This document shows, piece by piece, positions 13,701-23,300 of a DNA stretch of 30,808 nt. The stretch comes from Catajapyx aquilonaris (Eukaryota): the NCBI GenBank assembly GCA_000934665.2, contig KZ538253.1, positions 62,001 through 92,808 of the forward strand, given 5' to 3'. A program made the translations under genes and the position numbers. How positions within the stretch are numbered: position 1 is the stretch's first letter; the number at the start of each line of letters is the position of its first letter. Under the pieces are notes generated by a model. The model did not search any database, had not been told where the DNA came from, and was given only the letters and a program-made list of their open reading frames with translations.

Positions 13701-14372
13701 GAAAGAGAGTCCGAAATGTTCATTCTAACATGGGGAAGAAAAATCATGAAAATTTTCCACACATTTCGATCTTTTTTCTCTCTCCTGAAAAGTTGAGGTG
13801 GTTGGACTTGGGACCTTTTGCAACTCAAGGTTTCATGTATACATTTTCCGATGCAGGTGTGGGCTGAGAAGGTGATGAGCACCAATATCCGCAAGATGAC
13901 CATGGGCGTCCAGGAGTCTTGCGTGAAGGTGATACATCTCCACAACCGTCTGGGTCAAGCTGTGTCTCAAGCCAACGACGTTTTTGGTCCATTGGTCCTT
14001 CTCCAGATGGGATTCAGCCTCCTGATGATCAGCTCATTGACCTACGTGGCGGTCAAGCATCTGCGTGGGTCCGACACAGGAGCCGCCATCAACTTTGGCC
14101 TCAACGGACTCAACTTCTGGCTCAAGATCTTAGTGTTCGTCGTAGTCTGCTCAGGACTCACAAGATCCTCATCCTCCATCGGTACCACTTTTGCCAAGCA
14201 TCTCACTCTGCTGGATACCCATACTTTGCTGAGGGTTGGGCTCTTTCTGCAGAACCTGAAAGACAATGCTGTCGGAGTGTCGGCCTGGGGATTCTTCACA
14301 GTACAGTTGGGAACTCTGCTCACTTTTTGGGCAACTGTTGTCACGTACCTCGTTGTCTTGTTTCAGAGTTGA
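10790..14372 (+). CDS. Gustatory receptor-family gene 2, ~475-500 aa
   Basis: Exons 10918/10933-11340, 13054-13557, 13857-14372 join in phase 0 (RGPQ|IAGLFNDW; DDGT|VWAEK). Putative first exon 10790-10852 (caaaATGG...AACCAG|gtagga). LQQLRPLMIAGQWTGMWP N-motif and VSAWGFFTVQLGTLLTFWATVVTYLVVLFQS C-terminus, clearly paralogous to genes 1 and 3. Confidence 0.88.
13604..13836. mobile_element. MITE-like element in the last intron of GR gene 2
   Basis: 34-bp terminal inverted repeats 13604-13637 (ATGAAACCTTGAGTATCCAAAGGTCCCAAGTCCA) and 13803-13836, 31/34 identical; target-site duplication not clean. Confidence 0.7.
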
Positions 14373-15981
14373 GCCGGCACCATTTTGTGTCTCTTTTATG
14401 AGGCAGCACATTTTCGAGTGTATAATATTCAAAGCAGCTTTAGCCCTTCGATAAATATTCTTTTAAAACAGTGTGCTGTGAAGTGCAGCATGTTGTACCT
14501 ATACAGATGAGCAATATCTCTCGGGGAATCTTACGTTGGCTAGTCGATATCTTGCGCAAGTATTTTTGTCTCGACCTTGGATGCCCTTTGGTCAGGTTCA
14601 GGTGTACAAGATTCCATCTTAAGTTCGGCAGGTCAAACATGTCATTACATTTGATATTACTCAGGACACATTGAAGCGTATTGAAGGCACTGACAGCAAC
14701 TCATATTGCAGACCTACTGTCTTGAAAGCTCTTTATACGTATACAGGTAACTTTATCTTGATCTTCAAAGCCACAAACTTATTCACTCTATTTTATTGAC
14801 AGACAAGTTTGTAACTGATGCTACTATTTTTAGAAGCCCATTCTTTACACCCAATAAAATTATGTGACAGTCTGTACGGTACAAAATGACTATAATGGGT
14901 ATTGTTGAGCGCTACTTCTGTGCCTGTAGACTATACGAATGTCGATGGAATAAATATTAATCAGCAATTATTTTTAAAAGGCATATTTCGTGTTATGTTA
15001 TCCGAAGAGTTCAGTCATTTCATATTCCATGAATAGCAAATAAGTGTATTTTGGAGTGATCGCAGTCGAATCGTTTGATCTTGTGTCGGGTGATGCCTCA
15101 GTCAGGTAATAAGTTATTCCTTTTGTTTGAACTATAAGTTTGGCTCACGAGGAGATCCTAATATAGTTTTCAATCCGCAGATATTATAATAATTAAAAAT
15201 GCACGAGGTAAAATAGCTCATCATTTGAAATCCTGCCCAATAATGCAAAAGGTATATATTGCAAAAGGTAACAGCGGACTATAGCAAATTAGAGCCGTCA
15301 GTGTATGACTAACTGACATGCTCATAAAATCGGCATATAATTCTAGTAATTCTAAATCATTTCGATGAGATGATGAGACAATCCTTCAAAACATGCCTGT
15401 TACCGTCAAAAGCACCACACCCTTAGTCTGAAAAAAGAATGAATCAGCGAAGAGGGTCATTTTGAGAATATCTGTCTGGATCTGAAACATAATCCAACAT
15501 ATTGTGTTCTCATTACGCTAAAAGGAAACGCTACAAAGCTACTCTTGTAATCTGCGGAAGAGTCCGTTGATGGAAGCTCATAAAGAAAAACCAATAGGTC
15601 ATGCACAATATGACGTCAAAGTGTCCCAAACATGCAACTATACGCTTACCTCAATGGGCTGAACAATGCCTGAACAATATTTTCTACAAATGATCATCTC
15701 AGCATTTCTCTAATTCAGTTGGAGGATTTAGAGTACCTCTCTCCCTGTAATGACGACTTTTCACGTGACATTTATATAGGTCTGGGTAGTAAGTGGCAGG
15801 TATAAAGAGGAATGCAAAAACGCGCAGGTGCGCTTTTTCCCTTCCAATCGAGAATCGCGTGAAATACGGACCAGATACTAGAGGCGTCATGCCGGCACTT
15901 CAGGAGCTGATTAAAATCAGGTTTGGTACCAGACATCGAACCAGTTGTGTGTGTGACAGGGTGAGGAAGAACGTCGCCAAA

Positions 15982-18900
15982 ATGAGCTTCAGGAAAGGAG
16001 GCCAATCTGAGGTGAGTCCTTTTCTGATAACAACCTGTGGAGCATGCTGACACATGAAATAATTGTTCTTGCACCGTCGCGCAATTAATATAGTGTTTAG
16101 ATCAATCCAGTACTGTTTTAACATGATGATATTGCAGATTATCACGCACTTCCTTTATATGACGTAACCATATATTATGCAATACTGTACAGAATGTTAG
16201 CTTGTGAACGACAAACTGGCATTGTCGAGTTACATCAACGATCTTTTCTATTAATATATTGTAATATAACGATCTTGTAAATTATTCGACAGCCAAACTC
16301 ATACAAGCGCAACACTCCAGGACATTAACATTGTGGCACGAAGTGAAACATTATACAGTAGCATTGGACCTTTATCGCACCCGACTTTACGTCTGTTTTA
16401 CAAGCGTCTAAAAATAATTGCATGAAAATTCATCAGATTACTTCTTAATAATTAATAAGGTCGATATGTGCAAACAAGTATTTCCACTCACTCGCTGCTG
16501 ATAGCGAATACAATTTACTGCAGCTTTTAAAAAACTAAACTGAGATAACAGGATTTCATGACATGGTTTTTATCTCCAACTGCGCGGTAATAAAATTCTA
16601 CCTAAATCTTCCAATCACGTAATGATTCTAATCAACGGCACGAGAAATCAATACTGTACTAGCTAGGCTTCTATCTATTTAGCATATCTTATTAACATTG
16701 TCCAATTTTAGTAAAAGACTGGAATGACGTCACAAATATTGTCACCAACTCTTATCATAACAGAACATTCAGAAAATTAGTCAAAAATCACATGTGATTC
16801 AGCAATACAAGTCAATGCCACTAATTAACGTACAGAGTTACATTAGCTGGAATTCCAATTAATTACAATAATGAGGATCACTTTACGACCAAAATGTCAC
16901 GCATTCCTCTTTGTCATTTTCGGTCAGAATGTTCCCGATTCATTACTTTAACAGTCCTCTATTAGCAATCGAGGCCATGTTTTGCTTGAGCAGAAACATA
17001 TACACGGGGTATCTGGAAAAAAAAAAGCGCTAATAGCTTTTCGCAATTAAATTACATCCTCTGTCTAGCACTGGGTGGAGTTTCTGTCGCAACGTGACAC
17101 ACTCGAAGCTTCAAGAGCCAGTTACGAAACATCGCGTATCACTAATTCAAGCAACTGAAACATAAAGCACTTTTAATGTCAATAGGAGTGAGATTTGTTG
17201 CCAGAAACTCCACCCTAGAGAGCAATCGATGTGAAGCATTATTTTTTAGCAAAAGTGACAGTATACGTGCTGCATAATTAATTCCCTTCAAGTACAATCT
17301 GTTTCAGGTACAGAACAATGGGAGTGGTAAGGCCGAGGAACAAAAGCTGTTCACACGTATTTGCGTCTCCGATTGCGAGGGTAGGCGAGTGACAGCGACC
17401 AGCAGCATCCTGAATGACCTACGACCTCTCATGATTGCCGGAAATATATTCGGCGCATGTCCTCTCAAGTAATGCAAATATATACGGTATGTCAAAAAAC
17501 AGATGGTTCACAATATTTTTCCTCTTCGAAAGGTTGGAGACGAACACGGTGACTTTTTCATGGAAGTCATGGCAGGCTTGGTACACCCTGTCGATTCTGA
17601 TTCTTTTCTTGACCCACTCTTGCTTCGAGATGTGGCAGCTGCGAGAGGCCTTCATAGAAGAGGAGGTCAAAGCGGTCAAGGTCATCTTCATCACTCCATG
17701 GGTCTTTTGTAACGTGTTGGTGGTGGCCACTCTGATCGTCTATCTCAGCAAGGGGCAGAGGATTGCCAATTTTTTCCTACTTTGGCAGCAGTGCCAGGTG
17801 AGCCATTCTTGCAAAAAATCTCACACCTCAAGACTGTCTTTGATGGCTCTTACAGGAGGACCTGCAAGATGACTTCAAATGCAAGCAAAAGAGGAAGGTG
17901 GTAAACATTCTGTACCTCCTGTACAGTACCCTGGGTGTGATGTCCACTGCAAGCATAGCCATGCATTACCGCAAGGATCCGACATGTTCCACCTACTGGA
18001 CGTCTCTTTTCTCTGAAGAACAGCTGGACGGGCCTATCTTCACCATCGGGCTAGTCTTTTACAGTGTCTACCCCATCATGCTGATGGTGGCCACATCCAT
18101 GATGGAGGTATGTTCATGTCTTTACTCCTCGTGTATTGTTGAGTTACTATTTTTTTCCTTCAGGTTACGGTGGGCATGGGCGCAATGAACTTCCGTACTG
18201 CGTTCATCCACGTTGACATGAAGCTGAAGGCCCAGTTGAACCAGCGTATCTGCTCAGGCAGGGAATGGGAAAGGGCACGAAACACACCATGCACCATGAT
18301 TTCAGATCCTGAACTCAACAAGAAGAAGTACGAAGAAGATAGTGCTGGGTTTGAAATGAAAGGGATTCGACAGGAAGTCCTCTGTGCCATGACACGCCAC
18401 GAAAGAGTGAGTCCAAAATATTAATCCTGGGAATGTCCATGTAGTACTGTACGCCTTTCATAGATGGCGCAACTTTACTATCTGCCACTCTCAGGGGCAC
18501 GTTGGTGATGAGTCACCGCACGGATGATGTATATATCATCAATCACAGGTGGCGATGGTTCTGGAGGAAATGAATGGCATCCTGGGTCCCCTGGTCCTTC
18601 TGCAAGGTGCTCAGTACCTCTTCATGATCTGCTCCTTGCTGTACGTGTCCCTCCGAGCTGAGACCAGGGATGTGGAGACCATGGCTTACTTCCTGGTGAA
18701 TCTGACCAGCTTCGTGCTTCGCCTTCTGGTGCTGATCCCATGCTTCAGCACGGTCTACCAGGCCTCCTGCGCACTAGGGGCCACCTTCTCTCGCCTTGCC
18801 CTGCAGGACCGATCTGACCAGCTGCCTCTCACCAAGATGGTCCTATTCCTCCAGAGGCTGACTCTCAACCCGCCTGCCATCTCGGCATGGGGTTTTTACA

Positions 18901-19067
18901 TCGTCACGCTCTCAACTCTTCTAGGGTTCTGGGGCACCCTCGTCACTTATCTGGTGGTGCTTCTCCAGACATCAGCCAGTGTTTGCGAAGATGTCGCACT
19001 GCCTAATATGACCAGCATGGAGCAATGTATCGGATGGTGCGCTGCCAATGGAAATGTAAGGCTCTAA
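15982..19067 (+). CDS. Gustatory receptor-family gene 3, 6 exons, ~489 aa
   Basis: Exons 15982-16011 (MSFRKGGQSE|gtgagt, putative), 17308-17468, 17533-17797, 17856-18107, 18164-18406, 18549-19067; all GT-AG and phase-consistent. LNDLRPLMIAGNIFGACP, FSWKSWQAWYTL, YWTSLF, GPLVLLQ and ISAWGFYIVTLSTLLGFWGTLVTYLVVLLQ align with genes 1 and 2. Confidence 0.88.
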
Positions 19068-19253
19068 TGTAGACCCATCAGTGCGGTAATCACTCCCGTT
19101 TGATTATATCCTATTGTGATGTATTTTATGTCGATGTTGACATATGCACCGAAATTAATGGTTCAGAAAGTATTGCAACTTCTTCAAGTTGATTATGCAC
19201 CCCACATGTACTTACATAACCAACGAAAGTATAACCACAAACCCCAAGAGTAT

Positions 19254-19259
19254 AATAAA
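19254..19259 (+). promoter_or_regulatory. Candidate polyadenylation signal of GR gene 3
   Basis: AATAAA ~190 nt after the stop codon at 19067; motif and position only. Confidence 0.35.
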
Positions 19260-19957
19260 TTACCTCATTTTTGAATGATAACATCATGTTTCTTTAAAGA
19301 AAAACCTTGTGAACATAAGACCTACTGATAAGCAAATAATTTTTCTGGATGGCCTGTTGTGTAGTATAGGTTGCAAAACCTCGTGCCGTGTTACCAATTA
19401 CGTAATTAGAATGGAAGTGACGGTGGAGGCAGGCATTAGCTGGTGAGTGGCATATCCGGAGATGGAGCTCTGCCTCGGTATATGCCAAAAGGTATATGCA
19501 CTTCACCTCATCATCGATCCCACATGTTTTACTCCACCTGAGGGAAGGTCAGGTATAAAACGAGTCACAAGGGATTGTCTTCTCACAAAGGCAATCTCAT
19601 TACGCTGCAAGTCCCGTGACGATACCACCAGAACACCCAATCTCAGCCCGAAAAAAAAGTATAATCCTTAGAATACACAGAAAGGAAAAGTGTGGCACAC
19701 TCTATCAAGTACAAATGACAAATCTCTAAAACAAAATATTTTTTATATCATAATATTTTGTTGCTTTTTACTGAATCGCCCGGAATAATCTGCGCTAAAG
19801 CATCGGCAAGTTACATCCTGGAGTGTATGCAACCGCACCTTTGTACAACCGATAGTATAACCCGCAGGCGCGCAGAAAAATCCAATGACATACTGTACTA
19901 TACTGTACAGTATGCTACAAAATAATAATGCAATAAATGGGCACCATTAGCATGGCT

Positions 19958-19963
19958 TTTATT
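19958..19963 (-). promoter_or_regulatory. Candidate polyadenylation signal of WDR19
   Basis: TTTATT on + (AATAAA on -) ~375 nt downstream of the WDR19 stop; motif and position only. Confidence 0.35.
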
Positions 19964-20336
19964 AGTGATTGTACTTGTACCTGTTGTAGATAGTATTTAA
20001 TTGTATACAGTATAGTATACAACATTTACATTGCATAACATTAGACTGCTGGACGGCTCCGAAAGGGACGGAATCAAATTGCATGGATGGCATCGACAAA
20101 TCACAAATGCGAAAAATGCTCCGAGTAGAGCATGGTCACCTCTGAAAGTAGAGTGCAGAAACATGGCTTTCAATACAGCCATTCAGGTCACACAAACGTG
20201 TCGCAATTTGATTATGTTCGAGATGTTGACTGAACAATTCATAACAATAAAAAAAAGTATATCAGAACATGATCTGGTCAAGAAACTTTGGAGTTGTCTT
20301 TCATGACGTTGATTCATTCAATGAAGAACCGGGGGC

Positions 20337-23300
20337 CTACTCCACTTCAGACTCCATAAAAGATTTCGCGTCCTTGATAGCTTTAAGTGCCGTACGGGGT
20401 AGTGGTTTGGAGCACATGGGGCAAGGCTCTTCTGCCTCCGCAAGGGCTACCAATTCTGACATTACGGCAGGAAATCCGCACCCAGGGCAACTGCACAAGT
20501 CGTCTCGCACAATGTGGCGTCCCTGCAAAGTAAAACACAATCCCATATTACTCAATTTATGGCATCCACAAGTCACAAGTATAATAAGGCTCATTAACGC
20601 AGCCATGATTTTCAACAAAATTTTGTTACATGTTCTGATGGGTAGTTGTATAAATTGGCCATTATAATACATGGTTACACGTAGTTTGATAAGCAATATT
20701 TTGCTGTGTTTGTTTACCGTGACAATGCAGAAGGGTAACCTGTTCTTGCAACTAGTGCATGAGAGCTCCATCTCAGGCAATGGATGTCCGCAACTTGGGC
20801 AGGGTGAGCAAGGCTCCTGTGGACTGTCTTCAGCGGTTGGACGCCCTGATTTCCGAACTATGCCTTCTATTTTCTTCTTGTACTTTTCATCAATCTGGTT
20901 GCGATACTCGGGACGCATCAAGGTAGCAGCAAAGGTAAATGCATCAGCTTTCAACCCTGCACGCTGGCACTCAATCACTGTCATAGTCAGTATGGACACA
21001 ATATCTGTGTGGGAAGATAAAGTAATGCAAGTATTAATGGTATGTGCTTTAGTTGAAAAATCTGGTTGTTAAAAACAATGGCAAGGTACCCAAGGAGTCT
21101 GTAAGGTTCTGGCAGCATATGACTTACACTGAGAAGCACTTGCAATGAAGCATCTTTAACAAGAAACAGTAAGAATCCCATTCAGGATGGTTTCATAACG
21201 CACATCAATCATTTTTATTAGGGGTCATTCCCGACAATATCTCAGGTTAAATTCTTTTCCTGGCGATAGTCAAAGTCGTGAAAATCGAGGCTTGAAAATG
21301 GCCAGTTTTTCTTGGATATAGCAGTGGAATATGCAAAAATGAAAAGTTACAACAAGTAAAACAGACACAAGTGATTTTTAAAATCATAGATTAAAACAAA
21401 ACTTCTAAAAAATTTAATTTGTCTAATTGTCTACTGTAAAATTGCAGGTTAAAAAAAAAAACAAGTTTTCTGTGGCCTTGTAAGGAAACTAAAAATATCA
21501 ATTTTACTTCCCAATGAAGCTGGATTATTTTCTGGTACAGAACAAGCAATGACAAACACTCCCTTACGTGCAGGAAACTTCGAAACACTGTTGGCAACTC
21601 GGATAAGCAGCCTTGCAGCCTTGAGGTGCTCCTGCCTTCGTACAAGCATCCTGACAAGCACGTAGCTATGAAGCAACATGAGGTTTTCCCTCATATCAGT
21701 CGGAATGTGTATCTTCTGCTTCTTAAGCTCCTGATACATGTCAAACAGAACATCGTGTGCAGCCCTGTAGCTTCCAGCATTCTGCTCTTCTCTGGCAATT
21801 ACCACAGCCGTCTTCCCAGCCTCTACGTATTGCTTGAGGGCCATGTATAGCTGGAACAGGTGCTTGGCATCCTTGGGCACCCCGTCTGTCTCGCCCAATA
21901 AGAACTCAATAAGCTGACGAGAGAGGCGCTCGTCGTTTGAAGTGGCTGCCACCTTCACAGCTAGCTCCATGGCCTCGCCTGCACTCTCCTCCGTATTTGA
22001 CTGAGAAAGTCTAATAATAACAAAACTGAGTCAGACACAAATTTTCCTACTGATAAAAATAGGCACCTGGAGAACCCATAATTGAATCGGTCATTTGGAA
22101 AAGGGGTCATCTCCAGCGCATTTCCAGAGGATATGACCCCTTTTCAAAATGACCGATTCAATTATATATGAACATGTTCAAACATTCCACATTCCAAAAT
22201 GTGATAACCCCTTATTTTACCTGCCTGCCGCAAAATTAAAGGTATGCTAAGAAACCATAATGGCAACCTGTAAGGACCAACTTGCCTCATGAGATGCTTG
22301 AGTGCCTTTGCATGCTCACCACCTAGGTGGTAAAACTTTCCAGCAAGGAGATGCCGCTTGTGCTGCTCAAAGTGTGCTGCAATGGCCAGGTAGTCCTTGG
22401 GCTTGGCGTCTTTCCCAATCACCTCTGCATACAGCTCCATCTGGCCGTGCTTCTGAGCAATTAGGAAGGCCTCGTGGTTGCACTTAGACATCACCAGGAA
22501 TCGAATGGCCGACTGGAAGTCACCCAGCTGCTGGAAGAAGCGGGCCACCATCTTGGCCCCTTCCTGACTTCGAGTCTCACGCACAATGCGCACTGCCTCA
22601 TCTGGATTTCCCAGATGCTCTAGGTGCAAGCGGATCAAACTGTCATAGTCATGTGCAGTACTGTATGCCGTTGCAGCTTCCTACAGAAATAAATCAAGTA
22701 GAAATTGAGTGATGATTTCAACACGATTGAAAAGAGACAAAGAGTTATGCAGCACTGACCTGATACCTTCCCTCCTGCTCCCTGGCCTTTGCATACTGCA
22801 GGTGTATCTTGGGCGTGGTAACATTGTGAAGGATGTCTCCTACTTTGTTCCAACTTTTGAGGGCCACATACATGCTTCCAGCCTTCTCGTAGAAACCCCC
22901 TTTCTCATACAGCATAGCAGCCTCAGCATACTGCTTCATCCCATCCAAAATGTCTCCACACTCCTTCTTGAGAGTCCTACTGGGCTGCTCTAGGGCAATC
23001 GCCACACCCTTACGGATGTCCCCACAACGAATCGAGGTCCGGGAAATGCCTGCATAGCAGCTGGAGTTATGCTCCTCTGGGTTAGGATAAATTTCAGTGC
23101 TCATGGGCTCCTCAGATAGCCCCAGCTCGTAGTGGGAGAGTGCATTTGCATAGTCACCTCTGAAAAAAAAGGCAGGCAATGTGCTGTAAGTACTGTAATT
23201 ATGTAATCTAGCTTTTAGTTAGCTGTTGATGCCAGAAGGCAATTAGATTTCAACTGATTACACAAAAAAAAAAAAACGCACTGGAATTTAATTGCTTAAA

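Noticed and set aside
17440..17540. Apparent stop and frameshift in GR3 (GACPLK*), suggesting a pseudogene
   Set aside because: Resolved by a 64-nt GT-AG phase-2 intron at 17469-17532.
21218..21240. TTA-GGGGTCATTCC, resembling a PIF/Harbinger terminus
   Set aside because: No matching opposite end found in the intron.
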